64,000 bases of DNA from Octopus vulgaris (GCA_951406725.2 OX597817.1:138198001-138262000), one strand, 5' to 3'. Positions 25,816 through 39,245 are shown, numbered from the stretch's first letter. The notes: generated by a model from the sequence alone, not told the origin. Translations and numbers: made by a program.

Positions 25816-26219
25816 AAGTTTATGTTTGTGAAGGTGTCAATAAAATGACAGGGAACTGAACTGCCATTTTAGATTCCCGTCACACATTTCGCTACTCGGC
25901 TTTGGTTTGAATTATTTGCTTTTAAAACGCTGCTGATTATCGCCAATTCCATAAAAAATCATAGTTTACTGATTTATGAGGAGCTGAAAATGGTGTAGAG
26001 AATTTAAATCCGCCATGTTGCATATTGCTTCCCCGCTGTGATGGAAATGGAAAGGAAATTCTAACGGAACATATTGTAAAAGGGAAAATCCCTTAGAATG
26101 GTTTAAAACCCATTTAACATATCAACTGCCTTATTTATTGATGTATTGGTATCGATCAGCGAATGTCCTCCTGCTGGATATCCTGAGATTATTGTAATTG
26201 TTCTGCACATAAATGCATG

Positions 26220-26250
<31 letters not shown>

Positions 26251-26351
26251 ATGTGTCTGTGTCTGTGTCTGTGTGTGTGTATGTGAGTGCGCGTGTGTGT
26301 CTGTCTGTGTGTTTCTGTGTCTGTGTGTGTGTATGTGTGTGTGTGTGAGTG

Positions 26352-26382
<31 letters not shown>

Positions 26383-27420
26383 ATGTGAGTGCGTGTGTGT
26401 GTCTGTGTGTGTGTGTGTGTTTGTGCGATAGTATCGAAAAGTGGGAATGGGAGCTCAACAGTCTATTCAGTGAATGAATATTTTTTATCTGTAGGATAAC
26501 AAAGCTACCAATGGTTTCATGTGGAAAGAATATCCACAATAACTTCAAGCGGTTGACTTAAAAATCTATTTTCGATAAGAATATACGAAGTTGCAAGCGC
26601 GGGACTTCAAAATGAATCCACTGAACAGGAACGGCAATTTTTATCTCCCTTACGTTAGCCCTAGATTTTTGCGAGACGTTGCGTTCACCATAGATCTATT
26701 AATTCCTTAATTACGTTATGCGAGAACGTTCACGCTCATCTACATATATAAACAGGAATACGTATCCGGTATACCTTTGATTGGTATTTGAATATGTGCA
26801 TACTCAAAGATCTTAAGAATCTTTATATAGACATATTACCTGTGAATCGTGTGACGTCATTAATGTGGGTTACGTATATGTGATACACATTTGTGCAGAA
26901 TAGCAACAAGAGTGGCCAGGAGTATGTAATGCATATTGGGTATATAACCGATATCCAGTAATTTATCTTGGTTAGACGGGTGGCAGGGTGGGTGAAGGGA
27001 GATGCTTAAAACTTTGAAGTTTGAATTGTTTCTTCCCTAATATTCAAACTGTTCCCTTTAGGTGTTATGACATTGAATTTCTATTGATAGAGAGGCTGCA
27101 TCTACCACCTCGTCCCCTATATTTGCTGGCTTTAGCTATGCTACTCCAATTTATATAGGAACTGTCCACGCTGCTCTCTTGAAAGGGTCTATGTATTTGG
27201 CGTTATTCAATTCCGTTCTCGATAATGAGAAAAAGGATTGTCAACAAACGTTGGAAATGGATTGAGAAACTTTACTGTTCCAAACCAACTGTGCAAAGCT
27301 GGGACTATGTGTAAAATATGCAATAAAAAAGTTAAAACTTGAACATAGTCGTGCATTTAATAAAACGTATATGTACGTGTGAATGTGTGTGTGCGTGCGT
27401 GTGTGTGTGTATGTGTGTGT

Positions 27421-27480
<60 letters not shown>

Positions 27481-28381
27481 ATATATAAGCCTTTGCACGT
27501 CAATGCTTATTTAAATACTAAGAATATTTATTTTGAATGTATATTTGTACTGAACGTCTAAGTTTGTCTCGTTTTACGACCGGTTCCGTATCGTAAATCG
27601 TTTATTACATTCAATTCTGGTTTCAGCAACATGTTAGTAAATATCATTTTAAGGTGCGTCTGCATAGCAAAGATTTAAAGACGAACCGTGTTGAAGGGAA
27701 CGATGATGATGGCTACCATCTTGCTAACACACTGTACTGAATGACCTTAACACACACAATTAAACACACACGCACATCTGGTTGTAAGTTTTTTGGGTTT
27801 TTTTTTTTCACTGACATTTGTAAAGACGAGACGAGATGTTTGTTCATGTCTTTTGGCTGATATTAACGATGGCGTTGATTCTGCTGTTGGTTTGTTACTC
27901 TTATTTACATAGCGAAGATTGTCAAGTGGCAAAAACGACACACTGAAAGCCAAAATGCCATACAATATTTAGATTCTATCTAGCATACTGTGAGTTCTTC
28001 CTTCCAGCAGAGTTCTTCCTTCCTGCAGTTCATAACAAATCCGACTTGTAGCTTACAAATGTCTCACATTGATCCAATGGGGTTTGATATTATTATCTTC
28101 TGAGAGGTGTGTGGTAGGTCAGTGGTGGATTAGGTTCTTTTACATTCAGCGTTGAAGTCCAGTTGCAGACCATTTTACAATTGGAATTTTGAAACTTAGA
28201 ATTTTTTTTTAAATAATTCTAAAAGCAAACTCCTACTTACGCCTTTCATCGTCCCAAACTTAGAAAGTAAAATTGAGTGGAGCCTATCCATAATTTAATG
28301 CAGCACTTTTATTGAACATTGTGCTACAAAGATTCTACCCAGAAATTACAAACGTCGTAGGGATACTCAGTCACTTACGGT

Positions 28382-28449
28382 ATCTTTCAGTGAGATGTTA
28401 CCATTGTCGAAATCAATCTTTCAGTGAGATGTTACCATTGTCGAAATCA
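28382..28449. repeat. Exact 34-bp tandem duplication
   Basis: atctttcagtgagatgttaccattgtcgaaatca x2. Confidence 0.95.
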
Positions 28450-28897
28450 GAGGAATCGTTGAAACTACCATGCGATCCATTCATCAGACAATATCGTCTG
28501 TTTGATTCCATCTTATTGCTTCATAGCAATCTCCTTGAATGGGGGTAAATTCTATTCATCGATGGACAGAAATTATCTGATTGATTCCCTTCCCATCGAT
28601 CACCGTCAAATACGGTCATTATGTCCATGTGTGACTTTAATAATGGTTTCAAATTTTGCCACAAGGCCATCAGCTTTGAGGGGAAGGACTAGTAGATTAC
28701 ATCGATCCCACTGTTTAACTGCTACTTATTTTATCGACCTCGAAAAGATGAATGGCAAAATCGAACTCGGCAGAATTTGAACTCAAAGCATAAAGACAGA
28801 CGAAATGCGGCGTGCTAAAGATTCTGCCGGCTAGCTGTCTTAGGTGTGACTTTAATATTACCAAATTGATTTCCAGGTATATTATTATTATCATTAC

Positions 28898-28960
<63 letters not shown>

Positions 28961-29113
28961 CATTGTCATTTACTTTTAATCTGCATGTTTGATGCAATCA
29001 TCATCATCACCCAGCGCCCTAGGGCAAGTGAAGGTTAAGAATTGTTGAAATATAGTTGAAAGCTTGTGGAGGGGAAGTAGAGAAATATCTCCATGTAATA
29101 CAAACACAAACAT

Positions 29114-31324
29114 TTACATTGATAGGGTTTTTCTAAGGATGTGGGCAGTACTTGTTAGCACAATCTTTTGGATTTCCTTGAGACATGGTTCTCCAGGGAT
29201 ATTGTCTAGGTGTTTCTGACATCCCTTTTTTATCATACCTAGGGCACCTACAATAACAGGAACAGTTTTTGTTTTAAGATTCCACATCTTTTGTATTTCG
29301 ATTTCCAGGTCCTTATATTTACTAAGTTTGTCAAATCCCTTTACAGATACATTTTTATCAGTGGGGACGCTTACCTCTATTAGTCTGCAGGTATTTTCTT
29401 CCCTGTCTTTAACAATTATGTCTGGTCGATTAGCCTTGATCGTTCTGTCAGTGTTGACTGGAAAATCCCAGAGGATGGTAACATCTTTACCTTCAACAAC
29501 TGGCTGAGGATGGTGTTCATACCAGTTAGCAGGAGTGTCGGATTTGTAGTGTTTACATATCTTCCAATGTATATACTGTACTGCCCTATCGTGTCGATTT
29601 TTGTATTCGTTTGGTGTCAGCACAGGACATCCCGAAACGAGATGGTCTATCGTTTCGTCAAATGTGTCGCAGAATCTGCATTTAGGGTCAGTACCGTTTC
29701 GGAGAACGTTAGCCTGGTAATTTCTGGTAAAGAAGCTTTGATCTTGTGCTGCCATTATGAAGCCTTCAGTCTCTGCTTTAAATCCAGAACTCTTCAGCCA
29801 CTGATGGGTTGTTGCTTGGTCTACATCAGCATTTTGGCTTCGGAGAATATGTTGTCCATGCAGGGGCTTCTGGCTCCACCGCTTCTCAATTTGATTCTGC
29901 CCGTTCTTTTTTGCAGTCTGCTTGATTCGCTTTGCTTGCTTGGTAGCAGTGGTTTCCGGCTCTTCATCTGATTCAAGGTTAATGTCTAGTTCCCTTTCGA
30001 ACTTATAGGCTTCCTTGACAATAGAATGCAGCTTTTTGCTGCTTTCGTGTTCGCACACAAGTCGCAGCATCCAGTCCTTTGTACTAGATAGGTACCTGTT
30101 TATTCCTACAGTAGAGGTCTTATAGCACAGCTCTAATTGCATCATTCCTCTCCCCCCGTTGCTTCTAGTTAGGTACAGGCGGTCTACATCTGCCTTAGGG
30201 TGGTGCATGCTCTTGGATGTCAGTAATTTTCTTGTCTTCCTGTCCAAGCGTTGGAGTTCCGTAAGGTTCCAGTTAATGATGTTAAAACTGTACTGGACTA
30301 CTGGAAGCGCCAGGGTGTTAATGGCCTCAATGCAATTTTTGGAGTTGAGTTCAGTCTTCAGTACAAGCCTTATTCTCCTATAGTATTCCTTTCTTATTTT
30401 TTCCTTCATAGTAGCATGATGTATACCATCTCCTTCGTTGATTCCTAGGTATTTGTAACTTTCTTGTGGGTCAAGTTCCTTGATGGTAGTGTCAATATCT
30501 AATTTAACAGAAGCTGTTTGCCTGAGCTTGCCTCTTACAAAAGTTGCTTTAGCACACTTATCAAGGCCAAAATCCATTCCGATATCATTGCTAAACTCTT
30601 TAACAGTTGTTAGCAGCCCTTCTAGCTCTTGGTCATTCCTGGCAAACAGCTTTAGGTCGTCCATATAGAAAAGGTGGTTTATTAACTTACTAAAAACTTT
30701 GTACCCATATCTGGTACTAACCAATTCGTTTGAGAGTGGGATCAGTGCCATGCAAAAAAGTAATGGAGAGAGGGAGTCACCTCGAAAGATGCCTCGTTTG
30801 ATGTTGATGCTGTTGGACTGGCTCATCCCATTACTATGGCTTAGAAAGAGACGTGTGTTCCACATGGTCATGCTATTCTCTAAGAATTTTGAGACGACAG
30901 GAGAGATCTTGTATATCTCAAGGGCCTTGAGTATCCATTTATGTGGGACACTGTCATACGCTTTCCTGTAGTCTATCCATGCCATACTCAGGTTTTTGTT
31001 TTTGCTCCGGCAATTCTCTACAATCATTCTGTTTATGAGCAATTGGTCTTTGCACCCATAAGAGTTTCTTTTACAACCTTTTTGAGCTTGTGGAAGGATA
31101 GAGTTTTGTTCAAGGAAAGCGTACATTCTCTCCGTTATTATGGATGTGAGGATTTTGTAGGTGGTGTTGAGACATGTTATTGGCTGGTAATTCTTTGGGT
31201 TTTTTGTGTCTTCGGTTTTAGGTAATAGGTAGGTGGTTCCTTCAGTCAGCCAAGCAGGTATTTGCTCTGGGTTCTGAATGACATCAGACAGAGATGCAGC
31301 GAGATTTTCGTGTACCTCTGTCAA
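29114..31324 (-). CDS. Reverse transcriptase / restriction-like endonuclease ORF (736 aa open, frameshifted upstream)
   Basis: YQPITCLNTTYKIL, IDYRKAYDSV, GIFRGDSLSP, HLFYMDDLK, YKYLG, CRFC..HLVSGC, RHD, RPDIIV..IEVSVP, KY. Confidence 0.92.
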   Translation of the reverse strand: MTEVHENLAASLSDVIQNPEQIPAWLTEGTTYLLPKTEDTKNPKNYQPITCLNTTYKILTSIITERMYAFLEQNSILPQAQKGCKRNSYGCKDQLLINRMIVENCRSKNKNLSMAWIDYRKAYDSVPHKWILKALEIYKISPVVSKFLENSMTMWNTRLFLSHSNGMSQSNSINIKRGIFRGDSLSPLLFCMALIPLSNELVSTRYGYKVFSKLINHLFYMDDLKLFARNDQELEGLLTTVKEFSNDIGMDFGLDKCAKATFVRGKLRQTASVKLDIDTTIKELDPQESYKYLGINEGDGIHHATMKEKIRKEYYRRIRLVLKTELNSKNCIEAINTLALPVVQYSFNIINWNLTELQRLDRKTRKLLTSKSMHHPKADVDRLYLTRSNGGRGMMQLELCYKTSTVGINRYLSSTKDWMLRLVCEHESSKKLHSIVKEAYKFERELDINLESDEEPETTATKQAKRIKQTAKKNGQNQIEKRWSQKPLHGQHILRSQNADVDQATTHQWLKSSGFKAETEGFIMAAQDQSFFTRNYQANVLRNGTDPKCRFCDTFDETIDHLVSGCPVLTPNEYKNRHDRAVQYIHWKICKHYKSDTPANWYEHHPQPVVEGKDVTILWDFPVNTDRTIKANRPDIIVKDREENTCRLIEVSVPTDKNVSVKGFDKLSKYKDLEIEIQKMWNLKTKTVPVIVGALGMIKKGCQKHLDNIPGEPCLKEIQKIVLTSTAHILRKTLSM

Positions 31325-31413
31325 ACAATTCAGCCAGAAGTTAGGGATCCGATCCAGTCCTGGGGTTTTCCATTTATGAGCCTTCCTAAGGACACACCTT
31401 AGCTCCTCTATTC

Positions 31414-31870
31414 CTATTGCTTCCCATTTCTGTTCTTCAAGTTCATCTCACGTTCTATCCAGTCAGCCTCAGCATTAAACTCTTTTTCGTTGCTCCATAC
31501 CTTCTTCCAGAACTCCTCCACTTCCTCAATCTTAGGTGGATCTTCTATGTGTATTTTATTTTTGCCAATTTCCCTATAAAATTTCTTTGCATCTGTCTTA
31601 AAAAATTTATTTTGTCGATAAAATTTGTTTCTTTTGTCATACCTTCTAAGCCGTTGGGCTTTCAACTGTATCCGTTGTTTCAACAGTTCCTTAGTTGCAG
31701 GGAGGTTTATGAGATCTTTGATTTTATATTTTTGCTTGATTTTTCTAACTTTTCTCGACTTAATATTCACTCCTCTAGCAAGCTCATCGAGAACTGAAAC
31801 ATCCGCCCGCAGAGATTCAATCTCTTTTTGTATCGCTACTTTCCACTTAGGAGGTTCATTGACATGCCTG
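31414..31870 (-). pseudogene. Upstream part of the same ORF, separated by a frameshift near 31440
   Basis: PPKWKVAIQKEIESLRAD..QRLRRYDKRNKFYRQNKFF..EEFWKKVW; a shifted frame continues KWKTPGLDRIPNFWL into the RT ORF. Confidence 0.85.
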
Positions 31871-31873
31871 GTC

Positions 31874-31909
31874 TTATTATTATTATTATTAATATTATTA
31901 TTGTTATTA

Positions 31910-32000
<91 letters not shown>

Positions 32001-32026
32001 TATTATTATTATTATCATCATCATCA

Positions 32027-32070
<44 letters not shown>
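31874..32070. repeat. (ATT)n/(ATC)n microsatellite
   Basis: Directly visible. Confidence 0.97.
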
Positions 32071-32136
32071 TCATAATATTCTTCTTCAAGTGATTATAAA
32101 TTGAATTGTTAACAAAAAATTCCTGTAAAGAGTTGT

Positions 32137-32445
32137 GGAGGCACATGGCCTAGTGGTTAGAGCAACGGACTAGCGGTCGTGGGATCGCGGGTTCGAATCT
32201 CAGACCGGGAGATGTGTATGTTTATGAGCGAAACACCTAAGCTCCACGCAGCTCCGGCAGAAGGTAATGGTGAACTTCTGCTGACTCTTTCGCCACAACT
32301 TTCACTCTTTCCTCCTGCATCTAGTAGCTCACCTGTGACGGACTGGCGTCCTGTCCAAGTGGGGGAACCTATACGCCAACGAAACCAGGAAACCGGCCCT
32401 TAGATGTGCCAGGTATGGCTCGAGAAGGAACAAACAGCAACAACA
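32137..32445 (+). mobile_element. tRNA-derived SINE family C copy
   Basis: A box tggcctagtgg, B box ggttcgaatct, (CAA)n tail. Head shared with the 46225 copy. Confidence 0.85.
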
Positions 32446-32585
32446 ATATTTAATTATTGATGAGCGATCATTTAATTTAATTGTCGATGGTTAGTTTGTA
32501 AACTTGCCTCTGAGATTTTTAGTAATCAGTTAATTCCAATGATGATTGATTAGATTTGTCTGAGTCTGTTATTTTGTTACTCTTT

Positions 32586-32802
32586 AAGGCATTGAACCAG
32601 CAGAATCGTTAGCGCGCTGGGAAAAATGCTTAGCGGCATTGCGTCCATTTTAACGTTCTGAGTTCAAATTCCGCCGAGGTCGACTTTGCCTTTCATCTTT
32701 TCGGGGCCGATAAAATAAGGACCAGTCGATCACTGGGGCTCATGTAACCGACTTACCTCGGCACCCTAAATTGCTGGCCTTGTGCTAAAACTTGAAACCA
32801 TT
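32586..32802 (+). mobile_element. SINE family A copy (alternative tail)
   Basis: Family core present. Confidence 0.85.
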
Positions 32803-33671
32803 ATTATGATGCTCTGACAATGGTAATCAATTCTCTATCCGAATTCTAATGAAGACATTAATACAGTTTGGCCGTTGGTGTGGAGAGGGTTGGGTTTCTA
32901 TGAAGACTATCCAACGGATTCCTACCACATTTTAGGCCACAGAAGCAGACAATCGCATAATTTATTTTCAATCAAAGAATAATTGTTGTGTCTTTTCTAT
33001 TTCGACATTGGTGAGGCCATACATAGAAAGGATATTGAATGAGCAGCTTTCGATCAGTTGCTTCCCATAATGGTATGAGATATTCTTCAACCAGTTCGCT
33101 TGATGGTAGAATGTCAGGCACTACAACGGTCGAGCAAAGACAACACTAAACAGGTTTAGAGCTAAAAATACGCCCAAATTTACACAGTAACGCTACTGAT
33201 TCGGTTTGTATTTGTCAATCTTAAAAATATTTACTGGAATTAATTTCTCCTGACTTCTAAGATTCTGTGAATGGCAATTCTCTTTATTACAATAATCGTT
33301 CTAACTTCTCCAACGCCGCAGACAGATTAAAACGAAATTAAAATATACCATATTCGCCGCTGTATAACATACACTCTCGCGTACACGCCTACACTCATTA
33401 TCCTGTCCGTTGTATGCGAGTCTTATACACCACCATTCACAGAATTCCAGTTGTTGCACACATTCGCGCTTTCTTCTATTTCTCATTAATTCCTTCCCAA
33501 CACTTTCTAACAGCAACTTTTACAATAATTTTCAGAAATATCCCAAATCTAGACAAAAAGATCTCTTAGCTTATGTTTGGCTCTTAGGAATTATGGTAAA
33601 TTTGCGTAAGTTCTTAATCTTAAGGGGATTAGAAAAAGTAATAGAAGCAATGCAATGGAAGGAAGGCATCA

Positions 33672-33710
<39 letters not shown>

Positions 33711-34398
33711 CATATATACTTATATATGTGTGTGTGCATATGTATGTATACACATATGTAAGTATACATACACACACACATGCGTTCACATACACACATA
33801 CACACATATTAGTGTATGTATGTATGTATGTATGTATGTATGTATGTATGTATGTATGTATGTATGTATGTACGTTTGTATTGCTGCTATTGATGTAATA
33901 TCGGATGCTATTCTCCGATCAATATTTTGCCAGTTTAGATTTCCATAACAATATTTTACGGATTGGGAAACCTGACTCGAAGACAACTTACAGCATTATT
34001 CCAAACACGTGGTAATTTATCGATGTCTGATCTGTTGGTGCCAGTGAAGAATTACAATCAAATCTAGTCTGGGACAACAAGACATGTATTAATATTCTTC
34101 ACTGAGACAAAGTTTTTGCAGATTCTTTAGATTTTCCTGCGAGTGCGATAGCAACTGTAAAGATTGACAGTTCTTATGAAAGAATATCTCTTTCGAAAAT
34201 GGAATCACGATATTTTCCATAAAAAATGTGATGAGACTTTTTTTTTTTTTCTTGATATTCAATTGCGCATAATTTTGCCTTTTACATATTTGACACTTTT
34301 CATAAATAATAATAGACTTAAGAAAGAATATACATTTCCTTGTCGATAGTTTTTCCGAAATTTTACCAATATTCTTTTAATGATATTCCTGTTTGTGG

Positions 34399-34798
34399 AA
34401 GGCAGCGAGCTGACAGAATCGTTAGCACGCCGGGCGAAATGCTTAGCGGTATTTCGCCTGCCGTTACGTTCTGAGTTCAAATTCTGCCGAGGTATACTTT
34501 GCCTTTCATCCTTTCGAGGTCGATTAAATGAGTACCAGTTACACACTGGGGTCGATATAATCGACTTAATCCGTTTGTCTGTCCTTGTTTGCCCTCTCTG
34601 TGTTTAGCCTCTTGTGGGTAGTAAAGAAATAGGTATTTCGCCTACCGTTACGTTCTGAGGTCAAATTCCGCCGAGGTCGACGTTGCCTTTTATCCTTTCG
34701 GACGCGATAAATTAAGTACCAGTTACGCACTGGGGTCGATTTAATCGACTCATCCCCCTCCCCAAAATTTCAGGTCTTGTGCCTATAGTAGAAAGGAA
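34399..34798 (+). mobile_element. SINE family A dimer with 14-bp TSD
   Basis: TSD attcctgtttgtgg at 34385-34398 and 34799-34812. Confidence 0.9.
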
Positions 34799-35005
34799 AT
34801 TCCTGTTTGTGGGAATAAGGAATCTTCCATCAATTTACAATTTAGCTCCAGTTTTCCTTATCTAAAAACACAAAGAAAACAATCCTGAAAGAAACACTGA
34901 AAGTAGGGAATCTCTACATGGTTACTCCAGCTGCTAGAAACAGTAGTTAAACGTCCCGCAAATCACATTCTAACATTTTTAAAAACGAAGAAACATATTA
35001 CATTT

Positions 35006-35436
35006 AAGGCGGCAAGCTGGCAGAAACGTTTATCACGCCGGGCGAAATGCTTAGCGGTATTTCGTCTGATGCTACGTTCTGAGTTCAAATTCCGCCGAGG
35101 TCGTCTTTGCCTTTCATCCTTTCAGGGTCGATTAAATAAGTACCAGTTACGCACTGGGGTCGATATAGTCGACTTAATCTATTTGTCTGTCCTTGTTTGT
35201 CCTCTTGTGTGTAGTCCCTTGTGGGCAGTAAAGAAATAAGAACCATATTGCATATTGTCTGTGTTTGTCCCGCCACCATCGCTTTACAACCGATGTTGGT
35301 ATGTCTACTCCCCCTAACTTAGCGGTTCGGCAAAAGAGACCGATAGAATATGTAATAGGCTTACGAAGAATAAGTCCTGGGGTTGATTCGTTCGATTGAA
35401 GACATTGAACCAGCATGGCCGTAGTCAAATGACTGA

Positions 35437-35440
<4 letters not shown>
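35006..35440 (+). mobile_element. SINE family A copy followed by family B 3' half
   Basis: Matches both family consensuses seen elsewhere in the window. Confidence 0.85.
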
Positions 35441-35531
<91 letters not shown>

Positions 35532-35543
35532 GCATGGATAGGT

Positions 35544-35634
35544 TTTTAGTACAATCGTTTCATACAAGGACAGGCTTTATTAAAAGTTGCAAAAATTACA
35601 GCATATAAACGTGTCCCGTACTCATCAGCTAAAA
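35544..35634 (-). ncRNA. Type-I hammerhead ribozyme (mirror copy)
   Basis: Reverse complement of 36720-36810. Confidence 0.8.
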
Positions 35635-36719
35635 TACATGTGAGTTCTCTAGACATCCTAGTGGTTGAGGCTATACTCATGAAGTAATGTAGATAATTAA
35701 GTAACATAAACAGATTTCCAAAGTTCATTAAAGTTCATTAAAGATGATGTACAGTCTTATCACAGAATTTTAAAAAATTTATACCTAGATTTTCCTAATG
35801 TGTTTTCTGGTGATTTTAGCATCTGACCCCTAAACCCCTGACTGTGTTATCTCTTTAGATTCTCTTTAAATTCATAGCTGATTTCAACAGCAATAAATTA
35901 GCTGTTTTACTGGTCAAAGAATAATATTCTCCTCTAGTTCCTAGATGCCTGTAAATTAAAACCAGACTTGCCGTCTACTAATTCTTCTGTATAACTAGAA
36001 CCGTTTTTTTACTTTTTCTTTTTTCCCTTCTTTCCCTATATCTTTCTCTTTTCTCTTTTTTCTTTTCCTTCTGCTTATTCTCTTTTTCCCTTTCTCTTCT
36101 CTTTTAGTCCCCCCCCCCTTTTTTGCTCCCTCCTCCTTTATTTTCTCTCTTCTCTTCTATTCCCTTCCCTTTTCTATTCTTTGCCGCTCTAGAAAGCCCT
36201 TCAGCCTTTAGAAGTTAAATAGCTACAGCCTCTTGTAAATAGCAGTAATGTGATTAATGTGGCAAATACCTAATCATATAACAAGAATTGATACCTACCT
36301 CATTGTGTTCAACCATTGATAAACTTATCGCCTGTGAATTTGAAATTCCTCTTCATTTCTCTGGAAATTTACATCTACACCATTGGAAATTGTGCATCTA
36401 TACAAAGGATTAATTCACCCTCTCTATAATGCTAATAAGCAGGAATTGAAACCCACCTCGTTGTATTTAACAATGGATAAATTTGTCTTCTGTGAGTATG
36501 TAATCCCTCATCATATCTCTGGAATTTCATATGTGCACTGTGGATTAGGTCACCTTCTCTGTGATGCTATTAAAACTTTTTTAAAATTCTGTGATAAGAC
36601 TGTACATCATCTTTAATGAACTTTAATGAACTTTGGAAATCTGTTTATGTTACTTAATTATCTACATTACTTCATGAGTATAGCCTCAACCACTAGGATG
36701 TCTAGAGAACTCACATGTA

Positions 36720-36810
36720 TTTTAGCTGATGAGTACGGGACACGTTTATATGCTGTAATTTTTGCAACTTTTAATAAAGCCTGTCCTTGTATGAAACGAT
36801 TGTACTAAAA
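36720..36810 (+). ncRNA. Type-I hammerhead ribozyme, intact core
   Basis: Stem I ttttag/ctaaaa, CTGATGA 36726-36732, stem II gtacgggaca/tgtccttgtat, GAAA 36793-36796, stem III AC-gatt-GT, cleavage after GTA (36804). Confidence 0.85.
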
Positions 36811-37179
36811 ACCTATCCATTCTTGTTGCTTCTTTCTCGCTTATAATCACCCCACATTACTGTATTGTTAAATCAGTATAGTTTTTTTTTGGTGCATCTA
36901 AGTTAGGTACCATATTCAAGTTAATTCATTTAAATTAACTTGAATCTTTATTGCTTTTTGTATATATATATATATATATACTATTTGTTTCAGTCATTAG
37001 ACTGCAGGCCATATTTTATACGAACGAATCGACCCCACAACTTTTTAAAGCCTGGTACTTGTACGATCGGTTGCCTTTGCCGAACCGCTAAGTTATGGGG
37101 ACGTAAACAAACCACAACCGGTTGTCCAGTGGTGATGGTGGTGGTAGTGGTGGTGGTGGTGGTGGTGGTGGGGTCGATG

Positions 37180-37214
<35 letters not shown>

Positions 37215-37684
37215 GTATGTTTCTATATTACTCACAAGGGGCTAAACACAGAGGGGACAAACAAGGACGACAAACGAATTAAGTCGATTACATCGACCCC
37301 AGTGCATAACTGATACTTAATTTTCTCGACCCCGAAAGGATGAAAGGCAAAGTCGACCTCGGCAGAGGACACCTGCCCAAGATGCCACGCAGTAGGACCG
37401 AACCCGTTAGGAAGCAAGCTTCTCACCGCACAACCATTCCTCTACCTAATGTGCTTTATACATTTAGTAAAGCAAAACCTTTAGATGAATTGGATTTCAC
37501 AGGGGGTTGAGATTTCTTACTTCAGGGCTTTGCTGAAACGGTTTGACAAACTGCCGAAGGCGGGAGATGACGTCCCTTGTCAACGCAGTTTGGCCAATGA
37601 ATATAGAAATGAACACTTACGTCTTTGAATGTGTGTGCATGTTTCTGAATATCTGTTTGTATACATGCGTGTGTATGTGTATTC

Positions 37685-37715
<31 letters not shown>

Positions 37716-39022
37716 TACATACATATATATATGTATATACACGCATACATGCATACATACATACATAACATTTATATGTATATATGTAATACATATTTGT
37801 GTGTATGTATATAAATATGGATGTATATAGTCCGTATGTGTGTGTATATATATGAATATACATACACACATATATACATACACATATATATGTATATACA
37901 CACATACACTTACATATATATATGTATGTATACATATCGGTATGTATGGATATAGTGTGTGTGTATGTGTGTGTATACATACGCATGTTCACACACTTAC
38001 ACACACGCACAATGAACTAACACGCACAGACCACTGGAATATATCTTACTTCAAGATGTCACCGTAATTCACTCTCTTGCTCTCCCTCTACCTTTCTCTC
38101 CTCCTTACTCTCTCTCTCTCTCTCTCTCTCTCTTACTTTATCTATCTGTCTTTCCTCATATATATGTTAATGTATCTCTTCATGCCAATGGTTTCCACAC
38201 CAGCCACAAGACATTAACTTCGATGAGATAAACTCGTGGAATTCGATGATTTAATGAATTTAAAGAACCAGTCCCGAAGATTGCCAAATTGATGACAGCA
38301 GCAGCAGACATAAGGAGCATGGAAGATGCCTCTTCAAATTTTACCTGATCATTGTTGATTAACTCTGTTGGAAGTGGCTGAAGTGATTAGTTAAGGTTAG
38401 ATAATTGGCTGGAATCGTAGTTGATAAGGAATCTATCGAATTTGATGTATGGCTTCAGGCCAAAACATTGGTTGAAAGCTGCAGTTGTCACTTTGGCAAC
38501 TCACAGTATGTGACGATAACAAGGAAAAGATGGCGCGAGTCGAGTGGAACCTTTTTTTTTTTTTTGCCCTTTTCCTTGCTTTTCTTTTCGTCGTTGTTTT
38601 TCTCATTGTTGTTGCTATTGTTGTTGTTATTGTATTTTTGTGATTGTTGTAGTAAAAATATTGGTTTTAAACCTCCTTGGTACAAGGCCTACAATTTCGG
38701 AGGAGGGGAACTAGTCGATTACATCGATTCCCACCCCCCTTAACTGCTTAAGTGCTTAACTGCTGTTTATTTTATCGATCACCGAAAGGATGAAAGGCAA
38801 AGTCGACCTCGGCGGAAATTGTTGCAGAAGTAATATGGATAGCTATCATGAGGTGGTTTTTTCCTCGGTCAAATATGAACGTGCAAAAATATTATCACAA
38901 TTATTCCAGCTGTGGCCACCCCACCGACTTCCATTGAATTCAGGATAACATTATCCGACATGATTTGCCAGCTATTTCCAGCTGGTCGATCCGACTCGAG
39001 GCGGGTTTCTTGCTTGGCTGGT

Positions 39023-39023
39023 T

Positions 39024-39087
<64 letters not shown>

Positions 39088-39245
39088 GGTGGTGGTGGTG
39101 GTGGTGGTGGTGGTGGTGGTGTTGGTGGTGCTGCTGCTGTTGGTGGTGGTGGTGGTGGTGGTGGTGCTGCTGCTGTTGGTGGTGGTGGTGGTGGTGGTGG
39201 TGGTGGTGGTGGTGGTGGTGGTGGTGGTGGTGGTGGCGGCGGCGT
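39023..39245. repeat. (AGT)n/(GGT)n microsatellite
   Basis: Directly visible. Confidence 0.97.

Larger units (their letters stand above)
29010..31873 (-). mobile_element. 5'-truncated R4/Dong-clade non-LTR retrotransposon
   Basis: RT plus CCHC plus PD..E restriction-like endonuclease. The 5' junction abuts (TAA)n/(TGA)n and the 3' end runs into (TGA)n. Confidence 0.9.
35534..36820 (+). mobile_element. Non-coding Penelope-like insertion with apparently identical 244-bp inverted arms
   Basis: 35534-35777 is the reverse complement of 36577-36820. The ORF track gives the same 60-aa peptide on opposite strands. Each arm holds a hammerhead. Confidence 0.85.

Noticed and set aside
35534-36820. DNA-transposon MITE with long TIRs, or a duplicated 60-aa gene
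   Set aside because: No TSD or recognisable TIR terminus. The arms contain a hammerhead, and the identical ORFs are a by-product of the inversion.
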